Below are positions 28,799-38,418 of a stretch of 64,000 nucleotides of DNA, in pieces (positions within the stretch are counted from its first letter, which is position 1; each line of letters begins with the position of its first letter). The position numbers and the translations under genes are program-made. The notes beneath the pieces were generated by a model. The model saw only the letters and a list, made by a program, of their open reading frames with translations. It was not told where the DNA came from and did not search any database. Source of the stretch: an uncultured Chloroflexia bacterium. Its GTDB lineage: Bacteria > Chloroflexota > Limnocylindria > Limnocylindrales > CSP1-4. The stretch is taken from positions 293,838 to 357,837 of the forward strand of contig CAVZVT010000005.1 of the NCBI GenBank assembly GCA_963778805.1. The letters run 5' to 3'.

Positions 28799-30073
28799 GT
28801 GACCCACGAAGCCGATCTCGAGCGCGCATCGCGCTTCGTCATCCGCGACGTCGCGATCCTCGATGGGACCGGTCGGGATCCGGTCGGTCGATCGGACGTG
28901 GAAGTCGGTCCCGACGGCATCCGCAAGATCGCGCGCAGCGGGTCGATCCGGACACGGGCTCGCTCGATCGACGGGTCTGGCTGCACGCTGATGCCCGGGC
29001 TCACGGACGCCCATGTCCACCTCGCCGTGCTCGGGCCACATGGCGACTTCGACGACGAGGCACCGATCGCCCACGTGCTCAACGTGGCCAGGATGATCGA
29101 CGGCGTCCTCGATGAAGGGTTCACGACCGTCCGGGACGCGGGCGGGCTGGAGCCGACGTGGGCGAAGCTCGTGGCGAGCGGCACGATCCGGGGTCCGCGC
29201 ATCCTCCCATCCGGGTCCGTGCTGTCGCAGACGGGTGGCCACGGTGATGTGCGCGCGCAGCACGAGGCGGTCCACCGACATTCGGCCATCCCGGGCCTCA
29301 TCGCCCGGTCCGAGGTCGTGGACGGTCCCGACGAGGTCCGGCGCGCCGCGCGCGAGCAACTCCGCCGAGGGGCGACGCAGATCAAGGTCCTCGCATCGGG
29401 TGGCGTCGTCTCCCCGACGGACCCATTCGACAGCATCCAGTTCAGTCCGGCCGAGCTGGAGGCCGCCGTCGAGGTGGCCGCGAACTGGAATACCTACGTG
29501 ATGGCGCATTGCCACACGTCGCCGGCGATCCGGGTCGCGATCGAGGCCGGAGTGCGGTCCATCGAGCACGGGTCCCTGCTGGACCGCGAGACAGCCCGCG
29601 AGATGCAGGCTCGTGGCGTGTTCCTGGTGCCGACCCTGCAAGCCATCAGCTTCATCAGCAGGTATCCGGAACGGTTCTCCCTGTCCGCCGCGAAGATCGC
29701 GCGCGTGGCCGAGGTCGCGACCCAGGTCGCCGACAGCCTTCGGATCGCCGACGAGGCCGGGATCGAGATCGGGTCCGGATCGGACGTCGTCGGGCCCTGG
29801 CAGGGTCGCCGTGGCGAGGAACTGGTCCTCAAGGCGAAGATCCTCGGCGCGCACAAGGCGATCGTGGCTGCCACGCGAACGAACGCTCGGCTCTTCGGCC
29901 TCGAGGACCGGATCGGGACCGTGGAGGTGGGCAAGGTCGCCGACCTCATCCTGGTCGCCGGCGAGCCACTCGACCGGATCGAACTGTTGGCAGAACCGAC
30001 GTCGATCCCGTGGGTCATGCACGACGGCATCGTCGTGAAGGACGCCGACGCTCGAACGGCGTCCATCGACTGA
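28799..30073 (+). CDS. metal-dependent amidohydrolase (imidazolonepropionase / Xaa-Pro dipeptidase-like superfamily)
   Basis: PGLTDAHVHL metal-binding motif, HCHTSPAIRVAIEAGVRSIEHGS, and a C-terminal VADLILV motif typical of the amidohydrolase fold. Confidence 0.8.
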   Translation: MTHEADLERASRFVIRDVAILDGTGRDPVGRSDVEVGPDGIRKIARSGSIRTRARSIDGSGCTLMPGLTDAHVHLAVLGPHGDFDDEAPIAHVLNVARMIDGVLDEGFTTVRDAGGLEPTWAKLVASGTIRGPRILPSGSVLSQTGGHGDVRAQHEAVHRHSAIPGLIARSEVVDGPDEVRRAAREQLRRGATQIKVLASGGVVSPTDPFDSIQFSPAELEAAVEVAANWNTYVMAHCHTSPAIRVAIEAGVRSIEHGSLLDRETAREMQARGVFLVPTLQAISFISRYPERFSLSAAKIARVAEVATQVADSLRIADEAGIEIGSGSDVVGPWQGRRGEELVLKAKILGAHKAIVAATRTNARLFGLEDRIGTVEVGKVADLILVAGEPLDRIELLAEPTSIPWVMHDGIVVKDADARTASID

Positions 30074-30083
30074 CGAGCCTCGG

Positions 30084-30427
30084 TCAGCCCTCGGTCGGCG
30101 TCCCCTGGTGGAATCGGAGTCGCCAGCGACCGTCGCGGCGGACCCAGACCGATGAACGGTTCGCGTCCGTCGTCCGGTACGTGACGAGGACGACGTCCGG
30201 ACCAAGCTCGGCGACCTGGAAGTCGCGGATCGGCGACCGGTGGCCGTCGGCGATCCCTCGAGCAGCTCCCGGATCGTCTCGCGTGTCCAGCGTCGCCCGC
30301 TGCGACCGAACTCGATGAAGTCGTCGGCGATGAGCGCCATCAGGCCGCCATCGATGCCCTGAGGGTCACGGGCGGCGAGCGCCGTCTCGTATCGAAGCAG
30401 CTCGTCGCGTCGGGTCGTGTCCATCAC
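30084..30427 (-). CDS. DUF4440/SnoaL-like (NTF2 fold) small protein with an apparent frameshift near 30255
   Basis: N-terminal frame: MDTTRRDELLRYETALAARDPQGIDGGLMALIADDFIEFGRSGRRWTRETIRELLEGS. C-terminal frame: PIRDFQVAELGPDVVLVTYRTTDANRSSVWVRRDGRWRLRFHQGTPTEG. Confidence 0.6.
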
Positions 30428-30532
30428 GCGATTCTAGGTCCCGGTTCTCCGAGTTCGCGGGTGAGCGTGCACGCAGGCTGTAGACTGAGACGGACGGGCG
30501 GTCCCAGGGCTGCCCCACTGGAGGAGGGGCAC

Positions 30533-31099
30533 GTGCTGCCGCTGATCATCATCATCGCGATCGTCGTCGTCCTCGTGGTCGTCGTGATCGGGATCTACAA
30601 CGGTCTGGTCCAGCGCCGCCTGCGGGTCGACGAGGCGTTCGCCCAGATCGAGGTCCAGCTCAAGCGTCGTCACGACCTGATCCCGAACCTCGTGAACGCG
30701 GTCAAGGGCTACATGGGCTTCGAGCAGAAGGTCCTGACCGACGTCACCAACGCTCGCGCATCGGCGGTGGCCGCCGGAGCCCAGGGGCCGGCCCAGCAGG
30801 CAGCCGCGGAGAACGCCCTGACCGGGACGCTGCGCTCGCTGTTCGCCGTCGTGGAGAACTACCCGGAGCTGAAGGCCAGCGTCAACGTGCTGGAGCTCCA
30901 GGAACAGCTGACGACGACCGAGAACCAGATCTCGTTCTCGCGCCAGCACTACAACGCGACGGTCCTCGACTACAACACCTCGATCGCCACGTTCCCGAAC
31001 GTGATCATCGCCGGGCCGTTCGGCTTCAGCAAGCGTGAGTTCTTCGACGCCGAGCCCGAAGCCGCCAACGTCCCCAACGTCGATCTCAGCCTGAGCTGA
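30533..31099 (+). CDS. lemA: LemA family protein
   Basis: N-terminal TM (LPLIIIIAIVVVLVVVVIGIY) and the LemA core YNGLVQRRLRVDEAFAQIEVQLKRRHDLIPNLV...ENYPELKA. GGAGG RBS before GTG 30533. Confidence 0.85.
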   Translation: MLPLIIIIAIVVVLVVVVIGIYNGLVQRRLRVDEAFAQIEVQLKRRHDLIPNLVNAVKGYMGFEQKVLTDVTNARASAVAAGAQGPAQQAAAENALTGTLRSLFAVVENYPELKASVNVLELQEQLTTTENQISFSRQHYNATVLDYNTSIATFPNVIIAGPFGFSKREFFDAEPEAANVPNVDLSLS

Positions 31100-31121
31100 C
31101 CGGCGGTCCTCAGGAGGGGCC

Positions 31122-32105
31122 TTGGCCGCCGAAACGTTTTACGGCCAGATCGCCGCCAATAAGCGGAATTCGTTCCTGATGGCGTTGCTCGTCGTCGCCC
31201 TGCTGGCGGCGCTGGGCTTCTCGATCGGGTACGTCATCTTCGGGACGCCGGCGGGCGGTCTCGCTGTGACGCTGTTCGCGATCGCGCTCGGCGGTCTCTC
31301 GGGCGTCTTCACCTACTTCCAGGGTGACAAGCTCGTCCTGGCGGTCAGCGGTGCCCGCGCGGTGGACGAGACGAGCGCCCCGCAGTTGCTCAACGTGGTG
31401 CGCGAGATGGCCGTGGCCGCCAACGTGCCCATGCCGGCGGTCTACATCATCGATGACACCGCGCCCAATGCCTTTGCCACCGGTCGCGACCCGGCCCACG
31501 CATCGGTCGCCATCACGTCTGGCCTCCTCCAGAAGCTGGATCGGGAGGAGCTCCAGGGCGTCATCGGTCACGAGCTTTCGCACGTGCGCAACCTCGACAT
31601 CCGGTTCTCGCTCGTGGTCGGGGTCATGGTCGGGGCCATCGCGATCCTGGCCGACTTCTTCCTCCGGTTCACGTTCTGGGGCGGCGCCAGCGGGAGGTCA
31701 CGCGACCGTGACAGCAGCGGTGGGAACGGAGCCCAGGCGATCGTGATGGTCATCGCGATCACGCTGGCGATCCTTGCGCCGCTCATCAGCCGGTTCATCC
31801 AGCTCGCGGTCAGCCGACAACGCGAGTACCTCGCCGATGCCTCGTCCGTGGAGCTGACGCGGAACCCGTACGGGCTCGAGCGAGCGCTTGCCAAGATCGG
31901 CGGCGACAAGGAGGTGCTCGAGGTCGCGAACCGGGGCACCCAGCACATGTACTTCACGAACCCGATCAAGAAGTTCGAAGCCCGCTCGTCCAACCTGATG
32001 TCGACGCATCCGCCGATCCTCGATCGGATCAATCGCCTGCGTGAACTGACCGGCGACCCGCCGCTGGCAGCCCCCGAGGCCGCCAGTCTGACCGGCCTGG
32101 AGTAG
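31122..32105 (+). CDS. htpX: HtpX-like M48 family zinc metalloprotease
   Basis: HELSHV zinc motif, TM helices flanking it, and conserved ...EYLADASSVELTRNP.... The lemA-htpX pairing is commonly seen. Confidence 0.85.
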   Translation: MAAETFYGQIAANKRNSFLMALLVVALLAALGFSIGYVIFGTPAGGLAVTLFAIALGGLSGVFTYFQGDKLVLAVSGARAVDETSAPQLLNVVREMAVAANVPMPAVYIIDDTAPNAFATGRDPAHASVAITSGLLQKLDREELQGVIGHELSHVRNLDIRFSLVVGVMVGAIAILADFFLRFTFWGGASGRSRDRDSSGGNGAQAIVMVIAITLAILAPLISRFIQLAVSRQREYLADASSVELTRNPYGLERALAKIGGDKEVLEVANRGTQHMYFTNPIKKFEARSSNLMSTHPPILDRINRLRELTGDPPLAAPEAASLTGLE

Positions 32106-32207
32106 GGGAGTGACCGGCTCTGACGAGGCCCGCCGTTGACCCGCGCCGGACCGCTCGTGGTATCCTCCGCTGCGCCGACGGACAGTCGCAGGCTGGTTGG
32201 CCATCGG

Positions 32208-32283
32208 GCCGAGATAGCTCAGTTGGTAGAGCACGCGACTGAAAATCGCGGTGTCGCCAGTTCGAATCTGGCTCTCGGCACCA
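32208..32283 (+). tRNA. tRNA-Phe (anticodon GAA)
   Basis: GCCGAGATAGCTCAGTTGGTAGAGC, anticodon arm CGCGA-CTGAAAA-TCGCG, GGTTCGAATC T-loop, CCA encoded. Confidence 0.85.
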
Positions 32284-32309
32284 TCACTTCGGTGATCGGG
32301 CACACACGG

Positions 32310-32385
32310 GCGGAAGTGGCTCAGTTGGTAGAGCATCACCTTGCCAAGGTGAGGGTCGCGGGTTCGAGTCCCGTCTTCCGCTCCA
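32310..32385 (+). tRNA. tRNA-Gly (anticodon GCC)
   Basis: GCGGAAGTGGCTCAGTTGGTAGAGC, anticodon arm TCACC-TTGCCAA-GGTGA, GGTTCGAGTCC T-loop, CCA encoded. Confidence 0.85.
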
Positions 32386-32405
32386 TTCCCTTTCCTATGG
32401 ACCGC

Positions 32406-32479
32406 TGCCCCTTCGTCTAGTGGTAGGACAGCGGACTTTGAATCCGTGAACCGAGGTTCGAACCCTCGAGGGGCAGCCA
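32406..32479 (+). tRNA. tRNA-Gln (anticodon TTG)
   Basis: U1:A72 start typical of bacterial tRNA-Gln (TGCCCCT.../AGGGGCA), anticodon arm GCGGA-CTTTGAA-TCCGT, GGTTCGAACCC T-loop, CCA encoded. Confidence 0.8.
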
Positions 32480-32487
32480 ACAACATC

Positions 32488-32564
32488 GGCGACGTGGTGA
32501 AGTGGTTCAACACGGAGGTCTGCAAAACCTCTATTCACCGGTTCGAATCCGGTCGTCGCCTCCA
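32488..32564 (+). tRNA. tRNA-Cys (anticodon GCA)
   Basis: Acceptor GGCGACG/CGTCGCC, anticodon arm GAGGT-CTGCAAA-ACCTC, GGTTCGAATCC T-loop, CCA encoded. Confidence 0.75.
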
Positions 32565-32706
32565 CCTTCCGAACACAACACGGCCCGCTGGGATACCAGC
32601 GGGTCGTTCGTTGTGGGCCTCGCATCCACGCCGAACGAGCGGGCCTCGGTAGACCCGCTCGTCTGGATCCGGGTTCGCATCCTGACCCGGAAGGTGGCCT
32701 GGGTGG

Positions 32707-33222
32707 TTACCCGAGGAGGTAGTGGAGCGCCGGTCGATGACTGACGACTTCGGTCTGCTCGAGCATCGCGTCGACCCCGTAGGACAGCCCGGCCTGGGCG
32801 TAGGCGAGGTACAGGGCGACCGTCACGTACATGACCGTTTCGTTGATCGGCCCGAAGCCGAAGTCCCACGCGGCGAGGGTGATGAGGCCCATCAGGATCG
32901 CGCCCATCACCGCGGAGAACCGCGTGGCGAACCCGATGATCAGCGCCACACCGATCGCCAGCTCACCGGCGACGACCAGGAAGTTCATGACCTCGATCGC
33001 CTGGGCGTTGCCCGCGAGGGCGACCCAGAAGTCGTGGGTCGGATTGACGATGGCCTTGGCAGCCGAGCCGGGCATCGTGCCCGCCGTGCCGAACTGCAGG
33101 AAGCCGGCCGACGTGAATGGCTTGCCCGAGGCGGTGAAGTCGAAGACCTTTTCGAGTCCGGCATACAGGAAGCCGGCGCCAAGGACGATCCGAAGTGCTG
33201 CGAGCCCCTTGTCCTTCTTCAT
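32707..33222 (-). CDS. DoxX family membrane protein
   Basis: MKKDKGLAALRIVLGAGFLYAGLEKVF... with four predicted TM helices characteristic of DoxX. The longer 214-aa ORF start is unlikely. Confidence 0.75.
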   Translation of the reverse strand: MKKDKGLAALRIVLGAGFLYAGLEKVFDFTASGKPFTSAGFLQFGTAGTMPGSAAKAIVNPTHDFWVALAGNAQAIEVMNFLVVAGELAIGVALIIGFATRFSAVMGAILMGLITLAAWDFGFGPINETVMYVTVALYLAYAQAGLSYGVDAMLEQTEVVSHRPALHYLLG

Positions 33223-33605
33223 GGGACGTTCCTTCCGCTTGAGTTCGGTGCGCCGCCGGGAGAGTGCCGGTGCGGTCGTCGATCTCATCTCGGATGCTGG
33301 CGATCCGAGGGCGTCAGGGACAGGTGCCGAGTGGCCCATTCGAGGCACCACGTGGCCCGGTCCGGATGGGCCGTCCGCGGCCTAGGAACGGGACGGCGGC
33401 CATGGAACGTCAGCGGGCCCGGGGGCGGACCCGCTGACGCCAGGGACGCGAGCCGATCAGCCGTTCGGCCGCGAGTCGAGGACCGTCGAGCGAGAGGACA
33501 TCGCACGCGGGTCTCGCTCTATTGACGCTTCGAGGGACCCGAAACGTTCAATCTGGATCGGCGCACGCCCGGCCTCGCACGCTGGGAGCCGCTACGCTGA
33601 GGCTC

Positions 33606-33691
33606 GCCGGAGTGGCGGAACGGCAGACGCAGCGGACTTAAACTCCGCGGCCCGCAAGGGCGTCCGAGTTCGAATCTCGGCTCCGGCACCA
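33606..33691 (+). tRNA. tRNA-Leu (anticodon TAA)
   Basis: Acceptor GCCGGAG/CTCCGGC, anticodon arm GCGGA-CTTAAAC-TCCGC, long variable arm, GAGTTCGAATCTC T-loop, CCA encoded. Confidence 0.85.
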
Positions 33692-33717
33692 CGAACCGAC
33701 CGGCGCGCGCGGGGCGG

Positions 33718-34140
33718 TCAGCCCGTCTTGCGGCGGATCATGAAGCGCCCGGGTTCGGGCAGGGGCGTGAACCCGAAACGGGCGTACAGGCTGTGCGAGT
33801 GCGTCGTTCCAAGCATCCACCGCTGGATGTCCCGGAGATCGGGGTGCTCGATCACGACGGAGACCAGCCACTGGCCGAGGCCCTTCCCGCGGTGGTCGGC
33901 ATCGATGTAGACGTCGCACAGCCACGCGAAGGTCGCCTGGTCAGACACGACGCGCGCCATCCCGACCTGCCGATCGTCGTGGAGGAGACTGAACGTCAGC
34001 GACGCGTCCAGCGAGCGGTCGATGACCTCGGTCGGTCGTTCGGCAGCCCAGTACGAGTCCGCGAGGAACCGGTAGACCGCCTCGTGATCGATGCGGTGGG
34101 GGTCGGTCGTGATCGTGTAGCCGTCGCGCGTCCAGTCCAT
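33718..34140 (-). CDS. GNAT family N-acetyltransferase
   Basis: MDWTRDGYTITTDPHRIDH...MARVVSDQATFAWLCDVYIDADHRGKGLGQWLV is the acetyl-CoA binding motif (R-x-x-G-x-G/A). ~140 aa. Confidence 0.75.
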   Translation of the reverse strand: MDWTRDGYTITTDPHRIDHEAVYRFLADSYWAAERPTEVIDRSLDASLTFSLLHDDRQVGMARVVSDQATFAWLCDVYIDADHRGKGLGQWLVSVVIEHPDLRDIQRWMLGTTHSHSLYARFGFTPLPEPGRFMIRRKTG

Positions 34141-34249
34141 GGTCCGGCATTCTGCCGCGTTCCGGGCCGGTCGGTCAGGGACCATCGAGCTATCGCCATC
34201 GCCGCGCCTCGATGGGAGGCTACGACCCTCCAGCACGAGGGCTCACACG

Positions 34250-34597
34250 ATGTCGATCTCCACCTCCACCGCGCCCGCTCGATCGGCGGGGATCTCCTTC
34301 GGCGCCATCACGCCCGATCGCACGCGTCGCGGCCGGATCAAGGCCGCCGCGTTCGGTGCGCTCGTCTACTTCGGCCTCTCGTTCGCCCTGGCGCTCGTGC
34401 TCTCGGACTCGACCCTGCCGGTGGCGCAGCTGGCGGCGCTCATCCTCGGTTCGGTCATGGCCGGCCGGCTGGTCGGCGCGCGGGATGGGCGCGACTGGCT
34501 GGCGACCTCGGGCTCGGTGGTGGTATCGGTGGTCGCCGTGAGCCTGGTCCTGTGGGCGTTCGTCGCACTGCTGGTGTGGGGGCCGTTCGCTCCCTGA
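34250..34597 (+). CDS. hypothetical small membrane protein
   Basis: ORF with two or three hydrophobic helices (AAAFGALVYFGLSFALALVL; VVVSVVAVSLVLWAFVALLVW). No family assignable. Start uncertain (ATG 34250 or upstream). Confidence 0.4.
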   Translation: MSISTSTAPARSAGISFGAITPDRTRRGRIKAAAFGALVYFGLSFALALVLSDSTLPVAQLAALILGSVMAGRLVGARDGRDWLATSGSVVVSVVAVSLVLWAFVALLVWGPFAP

Positions 34598-34629
34598 CCG
34601 GCAGTCGCTGACCGGCTGGCCGCCGGGCG

Positions 34630-35850
34630 TCAGCCTCGACGCAGTCCGAATCGACCCGGCTTCTTCGCCTCGGGCTGCTCCGGGACGACGAACCCTTCGT
34701 CGCCGAAGGCCAGGTGGCTCAGCTTGACGAGCCGCTCCGCGACCAGGGTCTTCGGGGCGGCCAGCACGACCGGATTCCCCTCGTTGACCGCCCGGAGATA
34801 GACGAACGCGTCATACGGCAGGTCGAGCTCGATCTTCGAACCCAGCGCGCTCTCGACATCGCGGCGTTTCAGGATGTCGTTCGCGAAGAGCTGATTGAGG
34901 ACGAAGATGGACTTGAGGCCGACGGTCCCGACATCGTTGAAGTAGTCGAGGAGCGCGTGCATGGCGCGCAGCGCGGCGATCTCGGGGTAGACCGGCAGCA
35001 CGACCGACTCGGCGGCCTGGAGCACCGTCATCGAGCGCTCATCCACGACGGAGCCGGCATCCACCACCACGAAGTCGTACGCCTCGAGGAGGTTCTTGAG
35101 GATCTTCTCCACGTGCGAGGCCTCGACCAGGGCCGCGCCCTCCGGCGTGCCGGGTGCCGCGAGGACGTGCAGGCCCGAGTCGTGACGGATCGCGAAGGTC
35201 CGCAGGATCTCCGGCTCGCGCATGGCCGTCTCGTCGCGGACCACATCGGCGAGGGTCGCCTTGGGGACCAGGTTGAGATGACTCGCGACCCCGCCGAACT
35301 GGAGGGCCAGGTCCACGAGGACGACGCGATCCGGACGTCCCTGGGCCTTGGCGATCGCGATGTTCGTCGCGATGGTCGTGGTCCCGACCCCGCCCTTCGG
35401 GCTGAAGACCGCGACGGTCCGTCGGGCCCGGGCGACCACGAGACCATCCGCCGAGATGACCGGCGTCATGTCGCGTGATCGCTGGAAGCGAAGGAACAGG
35501 GCCTCGACCCGCGCTTCGAGCTCGCGATCGTCGAAGGGCTTCGCCATCACGTCGTCGGCGCCGGCCTCGAGGAAGGCGATGCGCTCCTCGACGTCATCGG
35601 TGGGGCTGACACACAGGACGGGGATCCCGACCATGGATGGGGTCGCCCGGACCTCGCGACAGAGGTCCGTCGCGCTCCTGGGGCCGCTGACGCCCGCGAT
35701 GATGATGAGCTGGTGACCGACGGCCTCCGCAAAGGCCTTGTCGGGGTCCGTGGCCGTCGTGACGGTGTACCCGACACTGGTCAGGACGGAGGCGATCGAG
35801 TCCGCCGAGGTCGCGTCGGCGTCGATGAGCAAGATGGAGCTGGCGGGCAC
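34630..35850 (-). CDS. receiver-like domain fused to ParA/MinD-superfamily ATPase (CpaE/TadZ-like architecture), orphan
   Basis: N-terminal CheY-like fold (ILLIDADATSADSIASVLTSVGYTV...IIIAGV). Central deviant Walker A, VAVFSPKGGVGTTTIATNIA. ParA-like C-terminal region. No tad, pilus or par genes in the window. Confidence 0.75.
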   Translation of the reverse strand: MPASSILLIDADATSADSIASVLTSVGYTVTTATDPDKAFAEAVGHQLIIIAGVSGPRSATDLCREVRATPSMVGIPVLCVSPTDDVEERIAFLEAGADDVMAKPFDDRELEARVEALFLRFQRSRDMTPVISADGLVVARARRTVAVFSPKGGVGTTTIATNIAIAKAQGRPDRVVLVDLALQFGGVASHLNLVPKATLADVVRDETAMREPEILRTFAIRHDSGLHVLAAPGTPEGAALVEASHVEKILKNLLEAYDFVVVDAGSVVDERSMTVLQAAESVVLPVYPEIAALRAMHALLDYFNDVGTVGLKSIFVLNQLFANDILKRRDVESALGSKIELDLPYDAFVYLRAVNEGNPVVLAAPKTLVAERLVKLSHLAFGDEGFVVPEQPEAKKPGRFGLRRG

Positions 35851-36051
35851 GAGGCCTCCCCCTGGAGTCGGCGATGTGTGGCGAGAGCAGCCTCGCGCAG
35901 GTCGGACGGGGCTGAGGATACAACGGCGGGCCGCTTGACCGATGTCCGGCCGATGACAGGGGCCGTGCTAGACTACGGCCTCGTTTCCTTTCCGCTCCGT
36001 GCCGGCCTTGCCGTCAACGGGGCTTCCCCTTTGGAAGGAGTGCTTGCGCGT

Positions 36052-36486
36052 ATGCGCCGATACGAACTCATGCTCGTGATCCGTCCCGATGTCGCGGACG
36101 ACAAGAGCCAGGCCGTCGTCGACCGGACGACTCGCCAGATCGTGGCCGCGGGTGGCCAGATCGTGAAGGTCGCACCGTGGGGCCGCCGCCGCCTCGCGTA
36201 CCCCATCGACCGCCATCGCGAGGGGTCGTACCAGATCATCCTCTTCGAGGCGCCGCCTGAGGCCATCAGCGAGCTCGAGCGGACCCTGCTCATCACCGAG
36301 GAGGTCCTGCGCCACCTCGTGACCCGGGCCGAGCGACCCACCAAGTCCCGCGGCGGTTCGGAACTCGATGACGACGATGACGACGTGACCGTGCCCCCGT
36401 CCGACGAGGACGAGGAGGACGATGACGACGGCACCGAACGGATCGACGAATCCGAGAGCGAGGCGGCCCCGGCCGCCATCGATTGA
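36052..36486 (+). CDS. rpsF: 30S ribosomal protein S6 with an acidic C-terminal tail
   Basis: MRRYELMLVIRPDV...WGRRRLAYPI. GGAAGGAG RBS upstream. Asp/Glu-rich C-terminal extension. Confidence 0.9.
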   Translation: MRRYELMLVIRPDVADDKSQAVVDRTTRQIVAAGGQIVKVAPWGRRRLAYPIDRHREGSYQIILFEAPPEAISELERTLLITEEVLRHLVTRAERPTKSRGGSELDDDDDDVTVPPSDEDEEDDDDGTERIDESESEAAPAAID

Positions 36487-36498
36487 CGGAGGGCTGTC

Positions 36499-36945
36499 AT
36501 GGCGTTCTGCAAGATCATGCTCATCGGCAACCTGGGTCGTGACCCGGAGATGCGCTACACGCCCACGGGTCGTGCCGTCACGCAGTTCAGCGTGGCCGTC
36601 AGCAACAGCAAGCCCGACGGCCAGGGCGGCTGGGTCGACGAAGGCACGGACTGGTATCGGGTCAGCCTCTTCGGCGAGCGAGCCGAGCGGATCGCCGAGC
36701 AGCTCCGCAAGGGCAATCGAGTCTTCGTCGAGGGTCGCTTCAAGACCCGCGAGTTCGACGGCAACGATGGCCAGAAGCGGACGTCCCTCGACGTGACCGC
36801 GGACAACGTCATCAGCCTCGACCGCAAGGGTCGGGATGACGACGGAGCCTTCTCGGGCGCACCGGTCGGCGCGTCAAGCGGGGGAGGCGCACCATCGCGG
36901 GCCCCCTCCGACGACACCGACGGCCTCGACGACCTTCCCTTCTGA
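36499..36945 (+). CDS. ssb: single-stranded DNA-binding protein
   Basis: OB fold (NLGRDPEMRYTPTGRAVTQFSVAV...WYRVSLFGERAE), Gly-rich linker, C-terminal acidic tip DDLPF. Confidence 0.9.
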   Translation: MAFCKIMLIGNLGRDPEMRYTPTGRAVTQFSVAVSNSKPDGQGGWVDEGTDWYRVSLFGERAERIAEQLRKGNRVFVEGRFKTREFDGNDGQKRTSLDVTADNVISLDRKGRDDDGAFSGAPVGASSGGGAPSRAPSDDTDGLDDLPF

Positions 36946-36963
36946 TCAGGAGAGCCACCACTC

Positions 36964-37233
36964 ATGCCTCCCCCTCGTTCATCCAAGAAGCGCGATGACA
37001 TGTATCGCGACCGTCGACGTCGCAAGGTCTGTGCGTTCTGCGCGGACAAGACCGTGCAGATCGACTACAAGGAGGTCAACCGCCTCCGTCGCTACCTGTC
37101 CGAGCGAGCCAAGATCGAGCCGCGTCGCAAGACCGGCACGTGTGCCGGCCACCAGCGCGAGCTTGCCGTGGCGCTCAAGCGCGCCCGACACGTCGCGCTC
37201 CTGCCGTACGCGCCGCAGCACCTTCGACCGTAG
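36964..37233 (+). CDS. rpsR: 30S ribosomal protein S18
   Basis: [47 protein letters not shown] matches the S18 core motif. Confidence 0.9.
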   Translation: MPPPRSSKKRDDMYRDRRRRKVCAFCADKTVQIDYKEVNRLRRYLSERAKIEPRRKTGTCAGHQRELAVALKRARHVALLPYAPQHLRP

Positions 37234-37288
37234 GGCGCGTCCTTGACCGGCGGACCGGCGACGCTCGGCTCGTCTCGCGGCGGCTAGG

Positions 37289-38059
37289 GTGTTCGTCGGC
37301 CTGCTGATGGTCGCGGGCGGCGCGGGTGCCGGCCTGTTCGGCTCCCTGCTCGGCCTGGGCGGCGGCGTCCTGATCGTCCCGTTGCTGACGCTCGGGTTCG
37401 GGTTGCCGCTGCGCGAGGCCGTCGGTGTCTCGCTCGTGTCGGTGATCATGACGAGCAGCGCCGCGGCGGGCGTCTATCTCGAGCGGCACGTCGCGAACCT
37501 TCGGCTGGGGATGTCGCTCGAGCTCTTCACGGCCACCGGCGCCCTGGTCGGCGGCAGCATCGCGTTCCTGCTCGACGAGCAGGTCCTCGAGCTCCTCTTC
37601 GCGATCCTGCTCATCTACGTCGCCGCCTCGATGGTCTGGCGTCGAGGGTCGGCGGCGGACGCCTCGACCGACACGGCGCCCGGGAGTTACGCCGTCAGGA
37701 ACATGGGTCTCGGGATCGTCGGTTCGGCGTTCGCGGGCGTCGTGTCCGCGTTGCTCGGCATCGGTGGCGGCATCGTCAAGGTCCCGCTCATGAACCTTGG
37801 GATGGGCGTCCCGCTGCGCGTGGCCACGGCGACGAGCAACCTGATGATCGGGATCACGGCCACGGCCAGCGCGATCATCTACCTGCTCCGCGGCGGCATC
37901 GACCCGTATGTCGCCGGACCGACCGCGATCGGCGTCTTCCTCGGGGCCTCCCTCGGGTCGCGGGTCGCCCATCGGATCGACACCCGCTACCTTCGGGTGC
38001 TCTTCGTCGTGGTCCTGGTCGTCACGGCCTTCCAGATGCTCCAGAAGGCGCTCGGATGA
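37289..38059 (+). CDS. TauE/SafE family sulfite/anion exporter (DUF81)
   Basis: Two internal repeats, each containing the LGLGGGVLIVPLL / LGIGGGIVKVPLM motif. 7-8 TM helices. Confidence 0.8.
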   Translation: MFVGLLMVAGGAGAGLFGSLLGLGGGVLIVPLLTLGFGLPLREAVGVSLVSVIMTSSAAAGVYLERHVANLRLGMSLELFTATGALVGGSIAFLLDEQVLELLFAILLIYVAASMVWRRGSAADASTDTAPGSYAVRNMGLGIVGSAFAGVVSALLGIGGGIVKVPLMNLGMGVPLRVATATSNLMIGITATASAIIYLLRGGIDPYVAGPTAIGVFLGASLGSRVAHRIDTRYLRVLFVVVLVVTAFQMLQKALG

Positions 38060-38418
38060 CGGGCATGTCTCGCCCGGAACGGGAGCGTCGGATCGGTCGC
38101 CTGCTGATCTCGATGACCTACGTCGCGGTGGCCCTTCTCGTCATCGGTGTCATCCTGATGCTCGTCAACGGCATCTCGCCGCTCGACACGGCGCCGACCC
38201 TGGATCCGTCGATGATCGGCACCGACATCCTGTCGCTGCAGCCCGTCGGCTTCCTGTGGCTCGGGCTCATCGTGGTCCTGGCGACCCCGATCGTCCGCGT
38301 CGCGGTGGCGGGCATCGGGTACGCCGTCGATCGGGACTGGGTGATGGTGCTCGTGGCGGTGGGCATCCTCTGCGTGATCGCGATCGGCGTCGCGACCGCA
38401 CTCATCACGGAGGTGTAG
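38056..38418 (+). CDS. DUF1634-like small membrane protein, commonly paired with TauE/SafE
   Basis: 120 aa, three predicted TM helices, overlaps the TauE stop by 4 nt. Classic TauE partner arrangement. Confidence 0.65.
   Translation: MTGMSRPERERRIGRLLISMTYVAVALLVIGVILMLVNGISPLDTAPTLDPSMIGTDILSLQPVGFLWLGLIVVLATPIVRVAVAGIGYAVDRDWVMVLVAVGILCVIAIGVATALITEV

Noticed and set aside
33405-33450. Imperfect 13-bp inverted repeat (CGTCAGCGGGCCC...GGACCCGCTGACG) upstream of the DoxX gene as a regulatory element
   Set aside because: It is a single hairpin with one mismatch and no recognisable operator consensus or repeated occurrence. This is too little evidence to annotate beyond a possible terminator or attenuator.
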